Below, piece by piece: positions 6,777 through 15,455 of a DNA stretch of 32,000 bases. The position numbers were made by a program, and so were the translations under genes. The DNA is taken from NCBI RefSeq assembly GCF_000011325.1, contig NC_003450.3:1710001-1742000 (forward strand), in the 5' to 3' direction. Position 1 is the first letter of the stretch. Every line of letters starts with the position of its first letter. The notes beneath the pieces are model-generated. The model did no database searches. It had not been told where the DNA came from and worked only from the letters and a program-made list of their open reading frames with translations. This DNA comes from Corynebacterium glutamicum ATCC 13032 (GTDB taxonomy: Bacteria > Actinomycetota > Actinomycetes > Mycobacteriales > Mycobacteriaceae).

Positions 6777-7868
6777 TTACACCACGATGAGGTCCTTACT
6801 CACCTTGGTGATGATTTCCGGTGCTCCTGAGGTAATAATCAGGGTGTCTTCGATGCGTACGCCGCCCTTTCCGGGGACGTAAATTCCGGGTTCGATGGTC
6901 AGTGTGGAGCCGGTTTCTAGGACTCCTTGTGAGGTTTTGGATGCGCTTGGGGCTTCGTGGACTTCAAGTCCGATGCCGTGGCCGGTGGAGTGCACGAAGT
7001 ATTCGCCGTAGCCTGCGTCTTCGATGATTTTGCGGCATGCTGCGTCGATGTCGAAGAGGTTGGCGCCTGAGTAGGCTGCTTCAACACCAGCGAGTTGGGA
7101 GCGCAGGACGATGTCGTAGATTTCTGCTTCGAACTCCCCTGCTTCGCCCATAACGAGGGTGCGGGTCATATCGGAGTTGAATCCGCGTGCGTGTGCGCCG
7201 AAATCGATGGTGACTAGATCGCCGCGCTGGAGGATGCGGTCGCCTGCGCCGTGGTGTGGTTTCGCGGAGTTAGGTCCAGAGGCCACGATGGTGTCGAAGC
7301 TGGGGCGTTCTGCTCCCAACAGGCGCATGCGGTATTCCAGATCGGCGGCGACTTGGCGCTCTGATCGGCCTTCGGCGAGTTCTCCTGCTGCGAGTAAATC
7401 TTCGAATGCTTGGGAAGCCAGCGCTGCGACATCGCGGAGGCGGTCGAGTTCGAAGCTGTCTTTGGTCAGGCGAATGGATTCCACAACACCTGACACGGGG
7501 ATCAGCTCGACGTCTTCCTGGGTTGCTTCACGCAGGCTGTCTAGCTGGTCCAGGGTGGTTTGTGCGGCTTCGATTGCTATACGACGCGGCCCTTCGACCT
7601 GCGCTAGCAGCGTCGTTGCCGAGGCACGCTCAATCAGCGCCTCGATGTCCGGGACTTCTTCTGCGATCTGGGTGGTGTAGCGACCGTCGGTGCAGATCTG
7701 CGCGGAGAGATCTTTGTTCACGATCAGTGCGCCGTTGGAGCCGGTGAATCCGCTGAGATAGCGAACATGGATCGGGCTTGTCACCAAAATTGAGTCGATC
7801 CGTTGAGCTGCCAGTTTTGCGGCAAGTGCGCGACGACGAGTGGCAAATCGGGTATCAGCCAAAGCCAT
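6777..7868 (-). CDS. pepQ: M24-family Xaa-Pro aminopeptidase/dipeptidase
   Basis: 363-aa ORF with a creatinase-like N-domain and M24 metal ligand motifs (DFGAHARGFNSDMTRT, HSTGHGIGLEVHE, TIEPGIY). Confidence 0.9.
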   Translation of the reverse strand: MALADTRFATRRRALAAKLAAQRIDSILVTSPIHVRYLSGFTGSNGALIVNKDLSAQICTDGRYTTQIAEEVPDIEALIERASATTLLAQVEGPRRIAIEAAQTTLDQLDSLREATQEDVELIPVSGVVESIRLTKDSFELDRLRDVAALASQAFEDLLAAGELAEGRSERQVAADLEYRMRLLGAERPSFDTIVASGPNSAKPHHGAGDRILQRGDLVTIDFGAHARGFNSDMTRTLVMGEAGEFEAEIYDIVLRSQLAGVEAAYSGANLFDIDAACRKIIEDAGYGEYFVHSTGHGIGLEVHEAPSASKTSQGVLETGSTLTIEPGIYVPGKGGVRIEDTLIITSGAPEIITKVSKDLIVV

Positions 7869-7934
7869 GTTCTCTCCTTAAAAATTCACTGAAAGTGGGT
7901 AACTTCTAGTCCAAACTAGTAGATTACTCAACAC

Positions 7935-9032
7935 TTAGTGGCTGATTGCCTCATAAGCACTCTGTAAATCTTGTTTTGAGGGCCCCTCAATGCGGGTAAC
8001 CTCGCCCACGGCGGTCAGTGCGACGAAGCGGATGTTGCCGTCGCGGTTTTTCTTGTCGCGGGTCATACCGTCGTAAAGCTCGTCGAAGGCTCCGCCTTCG
8101 TAGGAAGTGGGCAGACCGATGGCCGCCAGGATTGAGCGGTGGCGCTCGAGGAGGGGCGCGTCGATAAGCCCGAGCTTGTGGGAGAGGTTGGCGATGAACA
8201 TCATGCCCACTGCAACGGCATTGCCGTGGCGCCAGCGGAAGTTTTCGCGGAGTTCGACGGCGTGGGCAAAGGTGTGTCCGTAGTTGAGGATTTCGCGCAG
8301 GCTAGATTCTTTGAGGTCTTGGCCGACCACGGAGCCCTTGACGGTGACGGAGCGCCAAATCAGTTCAGGTAGGTGGGAGCCTTCGACTTCTTTCTTCAGG
8401 CAGGCTGCGGGATCAGTTTCGTAAAGGCGCAGGATTTCTGGGTCGGCGATGAAACCAGTTTTGATGATTTCGGCGGATCCCGCGATGATTTCCGCGTCAG
8501 GCAGGGTGGCTAGGCGATCGGTGTCAATGAATACTGCGTCAGGCTCGTGGAACGCGCCCACAAGGTTCTTGCCTGCGGCGGTATTGATGCCAGTCTTGCC
8601 GCCCACCGCAGCGTCCACCATGGCCAACAAGGTGGTTGGAACCTGAATGACGCGCACGCCACGCATCCATGCAGCAGCGACGAATCCCGCGAGATCTGTG
8701 GCAGCACCGCCACCAAGTCCGATGACGATATCGCGGCGGCCGAATGCTGCGCCACCCAATTCATCCCAGCACTGCCCCGCTACTTCCAAGGACTTGCCGT
8801 TTTCCGCATCGGGAACATTAAGGTGCAGGACCTTCAAACCAGCAGCGACTAGTGCTGCATCCAACTCGGATGCAATGTCATCCATGCTGGGCTGGTGCAA
8901 AATCGCTACCTGCTCCGCGCCTGATTCCGCTGCGCGCTGAACAATGAGCTCGTTGAGGCCGGAACCAATGTGGACATCATAGGGGGAAGATCCATTGACG
9001 TGGACGGTGTTGAAAATCTGCACTGCGCTCAT
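7935..9032 (-). CDS. aroB: 3-dehydroquinate synthase
   Basis: ORF 7935-9080 trimmed to the ATG at 9032 ([12 protein letters not shown], 365 aa). Motifs [13 protein letters not shown] and GGKTGIN are present, plus the His-rich metal site ([10 protein letters not shown]). Confidence 0.95.
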
Positions 9033-9064
9033 GGGGCACGTTGCCTTTCGCTTGTAATAGGAAG

Positions 9065-9101
9065 AAACCGGGCAGCCCAATGTTAATCAGGTGCCCGGTT
9101 T
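9065..9101 (-). terminator. terminator-like hairpin between aroK and aroB
   Basis: aaaccgggca (9065-9074) pairs with tgcccggttt (9092-9101) as a 10-bp stem with a 17-nt loop. On the minus-strand RNA the stem ends in UUU and is followed by CUUCCU. It lies in the 71-nt aroK-aroB gap. Confidence 0.4.
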
Positions 9102-9103
9102 AA

Positions 9104-9676
9104 TTAATCGATTTCTAGATGATGCAACACTGCTGCCACCACTTGCTGGGGGCTGCGGTTGTTGGTGCGAAGTCGGTAGGTTGCCACCTCTTCGTACAAC
9201 GGGGTGCGCACTTTCACCAGGTTGCGGTAGTGCTCGGCGGGGTCGGCGGCTTGCAGCACGGGGCGGGAACGCTCGTTTGCGGTGCGCCTGATGCCTTCTT
9301 CTACTGGCACGTCGATCCAGACCACGTCCTGGCCTTTGAGCAGTTCACGGGTGGATTCTGTCAGCACAGATCCGCCTCCCAAGCTCACCACTCCGGAGGA
9401 TTTCAGTGCTTCGGCCACGTGGATGGCCTCGAGCTCGCGGAAGGCTGGCTCGCCGAGCTCGCTGAACACGGCGCCACAGGCTTTTCCGGTGGCGCGCTCA
9501 ATCAGTTCGTCGGAGTCGACGAGTTCAGTGTTTAAGGCGCGCGCTAATCGACGTCCAATGGTGGATTTTCCAGCTCCTGGCAAACCCACAAGAACCACGA
9601 TCGGGCAGGAGCATTCAGAGGTGTCATCTGATTGATGATCTAAGTGAATTTGATCATTCACTTCATTACGCTCCAT
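9104..9676 (-). CDS. aroK: shikimate kinase
   Basis: 190-aa ORF with P-loop [15 protein letters not shown]. The ATG at 9676 overlaps the aroC stop by 11 nt. The roughly 25-aa N-terminal extension makes the true start uncertain. Confidence 0.92.
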   Translation of the reverse strand: MERNEVNDQIHLDHQSDDTSECSCPIVVLVGLPGAGKSTIGRRLARALNTELVDSDELIERATGKACGAVFSELGEPAFRELEAIHVAEALKSSGVVSLGGGSVLTESTRELLKGQDVVWIDVPVEEGIRRTANERSRPVLQAADPAEHYRNLVKVRTPLYEEVATYRLRTNNRSPQQVVAAVLHHLEID

Positions 9677-10898
9677 CCTCTAAACCTTCGAATTTCATTC
9701 GTTCCTCAATGTTTTTGAGGTAGGTGTCAATGTTGCTCTTGGTTTCGCTCAGGGAGTCACCGCCGAATTTCTGCAGGACTGCGCGGGCGAGAACCAGGGT
9801 GACCATTGCTTCTGCAACGACACCGGCGGCTGGAACAGCGCACACGTCGGAACGCTGGTGGATTCCGGTTGCTGCCTTGCCGTTTTCCATATCAATGGTT
9901 TTCAGGGCGCGAGGCACAGTAGAAATTGGCTTCATGCCAGCACGAACGCGCAGGGTTTCACCGTTGGTCATGCCGCCTTCGAGGCCACCTGCACGGTTGG
10001 TGTTGCGGTATACGCCGTTGTCATCCAGGAACACTTCATCGTGGGCTTCGGAGCCACGTCGACGAGCTTCTTCGAAACCGTCACCGATTTCCACGCCCTT
10101 GATGGCCTGAATGCCCATGAGTGCAGCTGCGATCTGCGCATCGAGGCGATCTTCGCCAGAAATGTGTGAGCCCAAACCGATGGGCAGGCCTTCAACAATC
10201 ACTTCCACGATGCCACCGAGGGTATCGCCGGCTTTCTTTGCGGCCTCGATTTCCGCGATCATGGATTCTTCAGCGTCTTTACCGAATGCACGAACTGGGG
10301 AATCATCGATTGCTTGAATATCTGCAAAGGTTGGCTCCGCGCCAGTGTAAGGCTCGGACGCACCAATGGAAATTACGTGGGAAAGCACTTCCACGCCCAA
10401 GGTTTCACGCAGGAAGGAACGCGCAACGGTTGCTGCTGCCACGCGTGCTGCCGTCTCACGGGCTGAAGAACGCTCCAGCACGTTGCGGGCATCATCGAAT
10501 CCGTACTTGAGCATGCCTGCGTAATCAGCGTGGCCTGGACGCGGACGAGTCAGTTTTGCGCCCCGACCCGAAGACATCGCCGCAACGTTATCTGGGTCTT
10601 CCATGTCCAAAGCGTCAGAGGACATGATGGTGGTCCACTTATCCCACTCAGTGTTGCCGATCATGATTGAGATGGGGCTACCCAAAGTGAGGCCGTGGCG
10701 GATGCCGGTGAGGAAGGTCAACGCGTCTTGCTCAAACTTCATGCGAGCGCCGCGACCATATCCAAGGCGTCGGCGCGCCAATTGATACGAGACCTCATCT
10801 TTAGTCACGGGCACGCCTGCTGGCATGTGTTCAACCGTGGCGATAAGCGCCTGGCCGTGGGATTCACCTGCTGTAGTCCATCGAAGCATGCCTAGCAT
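9666..10898 (-). CDS. aroC: chorismate synthase
   Basis: 410-aa ORF with the conserved N-terminus [12 protein letters not shown]. An alternative start is the ATG at 10889, which gives exactly that conserved N-terminus. Confidence 0.97.
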   Translation of the reverse strand: MLGMLRWTTAGESHGQALIATVEHMPAGVPVTKDEVSYQLARRRLGYGRGARMKFEQDALTFLTGIRHGLTLGSPISIMIGNTEWDKWTTIMSSDALDMEDPDNVAAMSSGRGAKLTRPRPGHADYAGMLKYGFDDARNVLERSSARETAARVAAATVARSFLRETLGVEVLSHVISIGASEPYTGAEPTFADIQAIDDSPVRAFGKDAEESMIAEIEAAKKAGDTLGGIVEVIVEGLPIGLGSHISGEDRLDAQIAAALMGIQAIKGVEIGDGFEEARRRGSEAHDEVFLDDNGVYRNTNRAGGLEGGMTNGETLRVRAGMKPISTVPRALKTIDMENGKAATGIHQRSDVCAVPAAGVVAEAMVTLVLARAVLQKFGGDSLSETKSNIDTYLKNIEERMKFEGLEDGA

Positions 10899-10967
10899 TA
10901 TCGCACGAAAGGCCGCAGAAGACGTATCCAGCCCACCCCAAGGGCTTTTTAAAATTGCTTTTCGACG

Positions 10968-11381
10968 TCAAAAAGCGACATAACTGCAGGCACTAGCGAT
11001 AACCATACTTGGACCATGTGGAATAAATTTGGGCCTTTTCACCCCTTTAACAGCCGCAAAAATTCCACCCAGTAAGACAGAAATTAACGATGATCCCACA
11101 ATTGCCACCATGAGAGCCTGCATTCCCAAGGCTGCTACGGCTGTCCCCAAACCGAGAGCCAACTTGATATCTCCCCCACCAATTCCTCCCACCAGCACTG
11201 CCGTGAGGAAATAAATCCCCGCCCACACAAGCCCGCCGAGCATCCACTGTGGATAAATAGTCAATGCCCATAAATTAATTAACAGTGCACCAGGAAGGGT
11301 GAGCACATCGGGCAGGCGCCGGTATTTTATATCGATGACAGCCAAGACTGCGCACCACAACCCAACTAGAAAAATCCCCAT
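10968..11381 (-). CDS. short A24-family (prepilin peptidase-like) membrane protein
   Basis: 137-aa polytopic ORF. The two Asp motifs typical of A24 peptidases are present: IDIKYRRLPD and GGIGGGDIKLA. Confidence 0.75.
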   Translation of the reverse strand: MGIFLVGLWCAVLAVIDIKYRRLPDVLTLPGALLINLWALTIYPQWMLGGLVWAGIYFLTAVLVGGIGGGDIKLALGLGTAVAALGMQALMVAIVGSSLISVLLGGIFAAVKGVKRPKFIPHGPSMVIASACSYVAF

Positions 11382-11419
11382 ATCTTGGTTGGACTGCAGC
11401 GAACGCTATTTGGTTCCCT

Positions 11420-11725
11420 TTAATGTCGGTGGGTGCCCCCGAGGTGGTGAAGCAAGGTGTGGGTCGTGGCGTCGACAAGCTTATATCTTGTCACCCGCCC
11501 CTCCTTGAAGGACTCGACCACTCCGTTATCTGCGAGCAGTTGGAGCGCTGCGGAGGCCGTGGGCAGGGTGACGCCGACGATGTCCGCGAGTTCTGAGACG
11601 GTGGCTTCACCGGGGCCGTGATAATGCAGCGCGATGAGGAGGCGGAGGCGCGTGCGATCGCCGAGCATTTTGAATGTTGGCGCCCACTCATCGGCGAGCT
11701 TCAGGAGATGAGGTTGATGCTCCAT
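11420..11725 (-). CDS. ArsR/SmtB-family transcriptional regulator
   Basis: 101-aa ORF with a winged HTH (FKMLGDRTRLRLLIAL ... TVSELADIVGVTLPTASAALQLLADNGVV). It has no Cys. The C-terminus is His-rich (DATTHTLLHHLGGTHRH). Confidence 0.85.
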   Translation of the reverse strand: MEHQPHLLKLADEWAPTFKMLGDRTRLRLLIALHYHGPGEATVSELADIVGVTLPTASAALQLLADNGVVESFKEGRVTRYKLVDATTHTLLHHLGGTHRH

Positions 11726-11747
11726 TGATAATTTCTTTCGCTAATAG

Positions 11748-11763
11748 TCAAATGATCATTTGA
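11748..11763. promoter_or_regulatory. perfect 16-bp palindrome TCAAATGATCATTTGA, candidate ArsR-type operator
   Basis: It is centred in the 54-bp gap between the divergent ArsR start (11725) and permease start (11780). It extends to an imperfect 30-bp palindrome (11741-11770, ctaa...ttag). Confidence 0.5.
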
Positions 11764-11779
11764 GTGTTAGTGTTTTCTC

Positions 11780-12856
11780 ATGCTTCTTTCCGCCCGCACA
11801 CACACGAGTTTCCAAGAACTTGGACTCAATGCTAGTCGGCGCAAAGCAATCAACTGGACACTGGCACTCACTGTGGTGCTAATTGCCTCCATGTTTGTTG
11901 GCGTGCTCATCGGTGCATCCGGGACCTCAGTGTTTTCCACGTGGACCGTAATTAGCCACCATCTTTTTGGCACTGAGCTAGGTGGCTCCGACACTGCCGA
12001 CGCCATCATTTGGTACATCCGCACCCCACGCGTCTTGCTCGCTGCCATTGTGGGCGCAGGCCTTGCCCTGGCAGGTGCCATCATGCAAGTACTGGTCCGA
12101 AACATGCTGGCAGACCCCTATATCCTCGGGGTGAACTCAGGTGCCAGTTGCGGTGCGGCCGCTGCCTTACTGTTCGGAGTGGGCGCTGGATTTGGCGATT
12201 ACGCCCTCCAAGGCAGCGCGTTTCTCGGCGCAATGGCAGCTTCCGGATTGATCTTCTTCGTGGCGCGCGCAGCGGGGCGCATCTCCTCGACCCGCTTGTT
12301 GATGTCCGGCGTAGCGATCGGATACATGCTCTCTGCGGCAACAAGCTTTCTCATCTTCTCCTCCGACTCCGCCGAAGGCAGCCGCTCCGTGTTGTTCTGG
12401 CTGCTTGGATCCTTAGGACTTGCCGCATGGAATGGGCCGATGGCGATCATCTTCCTCATCGTGGGCATTGCCCTGGCGTTGCTCATGGTGTTGGGTCCGC
12501 AATTGGATGCCTTAAACTCCGGCGATGAAACCGCACTTACCTTGGGAGTATCCCCTGATCGCCTCCGCATTCTCCTCCTGGTGATCACCTGCCTGCTGGT
12601 GGGATCCATGGTTGCCATGGCCGGCAGCATCGGATTCATCGGCCTTGTCATCCCCCACCTGGCCAGGCGTTTTGTTAGTGGAAAACACCGACTCATGCTG
12701 CCTGTATCCGCGTTGATGGGCGCAATTTTGCTCATCTGGGCTGATATCGCCGCCCGCACCCTGCTTGCGCCCCAAGAGATTCCCATCGGCATCATCACCG
12801 CACTCATCGGAGCACCCTTCCTCCTGATTCTGGTTCGCCGGATGCACACCTACTGA
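11780..12856 (+). CDS. FecCD-family (iron-siderophore/cobalamin type) ABC transporter permease
   Basis: 358-aa polytopic ORF with the typical FecCD/BtuC pattern (RTPRVLLAAIVGAGLALAGAIMQ ... IPIGIITALIGAPFLLILV). Confidence 0.92.
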   Translation: MLLSARTHTSFQELGLNASRRKAINWTLALTVVLIASMFVGVLIGASGTSVFSTWTVISHHLFGTELGGSDTADAIIWYIRTPRVLLAAIVGAGLALAGAIMQVLVRNMLADPYILGVNSGASCGAAAALLFGVGAGFGDYALQGSAFLGAMAASGLIFFVARAAGRISSTRLLMSGVAIGYMLSAATSFLIFSSDSAEGSRSVLFWLLGSLGLAAWNGPMAIIFLIVGIALALLMVLGPQLDALNSGDETALTLGVSPDRLRILLLVITCLLVGSMVAMAGSIGFIGLVIPHLARRFVSGKHRLMLPVSALMGAILLIWADIAARTLLAPQEIPIGIITALIGAPFLLILVRRMHTY

Positions 12857-12869
12857 TTTTTAAGGAATT

Positions 12870-13829
12870 ATGCGTAAATTAGCCCTTCCCCTGGTTGCCT
12901 TCCTGACAGGAGGTTTAGCTGCATGCTCCTCTAGTGATGTGGTGGAAAGTCAAGGGATAACCGTTGAAAACTGTGGCTCGGTGGTGAATTTTGATAGTCC
13001 ACCATCACACATCGCCTTGATGAAAAGCGCCGCCGTACCCACGCTTGATGCTTTAGGTGTTTTGGATCGCGTGGTGACCAAAGCTGGTGCCTTCCCAGCT
13101 GGGTATTACGACGCCGATTTATCGGAAAGAGTCACGGACATCCCAACGCTGTCCAACAAGATCGACGCCAGCGGACACGTGTTGATCTCGAAAGAAGTCG
13201 TTGTTGCCGCCAACCCAGACATTGTTTTCGGCGAAACTGACACCATCAACCGCGCATCCATGGCATCCTCGAACATCCCGGTCGTGGAGGAACCAGCATT
13301 CTGTGGCAGCATCGACGGCGACGTGAGTTTTGATGATGTCTGGTCACAAATCTCCACCTATGGCACCATTTTTGATCGCTCGACAGAAGCAGACGCATAC
13401 ATTGCAACGTTGAAGGAACGTGTTTCTGAAGTATCCTCGCGGGTTACTGACTCCGGAAAAACTGTGGCGGTGCTCTACCCCACCATCGGCGGCGGAGTCA
13501 CCTACGCATACGGCCGCGGATCCATGGCCAACCCACTTGTTGCCGAAGCAGGCCTGACCAACGTTTTCGCAGACCAATCCGAACGCGTCTTTGAGGTCAC
13601 GGCAGAAGAACTGATCTCCCGAAACCCCGACTACATCATCGTTTTACACAGCGACGGTTCCCCTTCAGACATCGTCGCAGAGGTGGGCAATCTCCAAGGG
13701 TCCAGCGCACTCACTGCTCTGAGTGAGAACAAAGTGCTGCCCATACTCATGAACTTTGCCGAACCCCCAACCCCGCTGGCCGTCGATGGCCTAGAAAAAA
13801 TCATCGACTTTGTGGAAACCCACCCATGA
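12870..13829 (+). CDS. ABC transporter substrate-binding lipoprotein (metal-chelate, Peripla_BP_2 type)
   Basis: 319-aa ORF with AAGGA upstream. It has a lipoprotein signal peptide with lipobox LAAC (MRKLALPLVAFLTGGLAAC). It sits between a FecCD permease and its ATPase. Confidence 0.87.
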   Translation: MRKLALPLVAFLTGGLAACSSSDVVESQGITVENCGSVVNFDSPPSHIALMKSAAVPTLDALGVLDRVVTKAGAFPAGYYDADLSERVTDIPTLSNKIDASGHVLISKEVVVAANPDIVFGETDTINRASMASSNIPVVEEPAFCGSIDGDVSFDDVWSQISTYGTIFDRSTEADAYIATLKERVSEVSSRVTDSGKTVAVLYPTIGGGVTYAYGRGSMANPLVAEAGLTNVFADQSERVFEVTAEELISRNPDYIIVLHSDGSPSDIVAEVGNLQGSSALTALSENKVLPILMNFAEPPTPLAVDGLEKIIDFVETHP

Positions 13830-14581
13830 TCGAGGCCACACACCTACGCCACAGTTTTGGCGACAACATCGTCATCGATGACGTCACCCTCCATCTACCT
13901 GCACACGGCACCGTCAGCTTGGTCGGCCCCAACGGCAGTGGCAAAACCACCCTGCTGCGTGCACTATACGGAGCACTGCAACCAAATGAAGGGCACATCC
14001 ACGTAGATGGCGTTCCACTAATAAGCTTGCACCGCAAAGACATCGCAAAAACCATGGCCGTAGTCATCCAAGAACATGACTCCGACCTCCCCATGACCGT
14101 CGCTGACCTGGTCTTACTAGGCAGACTCCCCCACCAAAAGATGTTTGCCGGCAACTCTCAAGCTGATCAGTTACTCGTTAAGGAAGCACTCACCCGAGTC
14201 GGCGCCATTCACCTGGCCGACCGACAATTCGGCGCACTTTCAGGCGGTGAACGCCAACGCGTCCTCATCGCACGAGCACTCGTACAAAACGCCACACACA
14301 TCCTGCTCGACGAACCCACCAACCACCTCGACATCCGCTACCAGCACGAAGTCCTCCACCTCGTCCGCGAACTCAGCTCAAGTTCCATCATCGTCCTCCA
14401 CGACCTCAACCTCGCAGCTGCCTACAGCGACCACATCATCCTCCTTGACCAAGGACGTGTGGTTACTCAAGGAACGCCCTCAGAGGTATTGACCCCAGAG
14501 CATTTGGAACCTGTGTATGGCGTTCGTGTTGAGCGCTTTGACCTAGGCGATGAAGTCCACCTTCGGTTCAAGCGTCACTAG
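13826..14581 (+). CDS. ABC transporter ATP-binding protein (FepC/FecE type)
   Basis: 251-aa ORF with an ATGA overlap onto the SBP stop. Walker A is GPNGSGKTT, the signature is LSGGERQR, Walker B is ILLDEPTNHLD, and the H-loop is VLHDLN. Confidence 0.95.
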   Translation: MIEATHLRHSFGDNIVIDDVTLHLPAHGTVSLVGPNGSGKTTLLRALYGALQPNEGHIHVDGVPLISLHRKDIAKTMAVVIQEHDSDLPMTVADLVLLGRLPHQKMFAGNSQADQLLVKEALTRVGAIHLADRQFGALSGGERQRVLIARALVQNATHILLDEPTNHLDIRYQHEVLHLVRELSSSSIIVLHDLNLAAAYSDHIILLDQGRVVTQGTPSEVLTPEHLEPVYGVRVERFDLGDEVHLRFKRH

Positions 14582-14608
14582 GAGTTTTGTTGAGGAGGTG
14601 GCGGGGAC

Positions 14609-15439
14609 TTAGTGTTCTTCTGAGATGCCTAAAGACTCTTCCAAAGCCTCACGCATGGCATCGCGGGGTGCATCCATTCCGGTGAATTGTTCAAACTGTC
14701 CGTAGGACTGGTGTGCCAGCATGACGTGGCCTCCGACAGCTTTGAGGCCTTTGGCTCGTGTGACTTCTACGAGTGGTGTTGGCCAGGGGTCGTAGATGAC
14801 GTCGAGGACTGGGGCGATCGCAAGGGTGTCTTCGAGGCCTGCGATTGCTGCGGAGGGCACTGTAGAGACTACGACGTCGGCTTCGATGTGGAGATGCTCG
14901 AGCGGGGCGTAGGCCAAGGTGGTGGGGGTTTCGTCGAAAAGCGTTTGCAGTTCGGCGGTGCGATCGGAGCGGTTGAGCACCGTGATCCGGGCGACCCCGG
15001 CTTCGATGAGTGCCCAGATGGCGGGGCGTGCGGTGCCGCCGGAGCCGATGACGATGGCGTGTTTGCCGGCCAGTGATGCGCCGCCGAGGAGTTCACCGAG
15101 AGCTCCCCTGATGCCGTCGACGTCGGTGTTGTCGGCGCGCCATCCGGTGGCCGTGCGCAGCAAGGTGTTTGCGGAGCCGATGGCGCAGGCGCGTTCGGTT
15201 ACTTCGTCGGCGAATTCAAGAGCTGCGAATTTAGACGGCATGGTGACGGAGAATCCGCAGTAGGTTTCATCAGCGCCGGAGACGATGCCGGGGAGCATGT
15301 CGCCGGTGCACTCAAAGCGGTCGTATTCCCATTGGTCCAGTCCGAGGGCTTTATAGCCGGTGTTGTGGAGGACTGGGGATTTGGAATGCTCGATGGGTGA
15401 GCCGAGTACGGCCGCCCGGTGAGTGATGTGAGAACCCAA
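14609..15439 (-). CDS. aroE: shikimate dehydrogenase
   Basis: 276-aa ORF with a probable TTG start. Motifs are GSPIEHSKSPVLHN and the Rossmann segment VIGSGGTARPA. Confidence 0.92.
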   Translation of the reverse strand: MGSHITHRAAVLGSPIEHSKSPVLHNTGYKALGLDQWEYDRFECTGDMLPGIVSGADETYCGFSVTMPSKFAALEFADEVTERACAIGSANTLLRTATGWRADNTDVDGIRGALGELLGGASLAGKHAIVIGSGGTARPAIWALIEAGVARITVLNRSDRTAELQTLFDETPTTLAYAPLEHLHIEADVVVSTVPSAAIAGLEDTLAIAPVLDVIYDPWPTPLVEVTRAKGLKAVGGHVMLAHQSYGQFEQFTGMDAPRDAMREALEESLGISEEH

Positions 15440-15455
15440 TTTTATTCGCTGATCC

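Noticed and set aside
11726-11779. Cobalamin or other riboswitch ahead of the BtuC/FecCD-type importer
   Set aside because: The whole upstream gap is 54 nt, which is far too short for a cobalamin riboswitch. Control by the divergent ArsR-type regulator is the simpler reading.
12199-12849. 216-aa minus-strand ORF antisense to the FecCD permease (with similar ORFs at 12512-12847 and 12081-12344)
   Set aside because: These are shadow ORFs. Their R/M/S/P-rich sequences are implausible, and the plus-strand permease call is far stronger.
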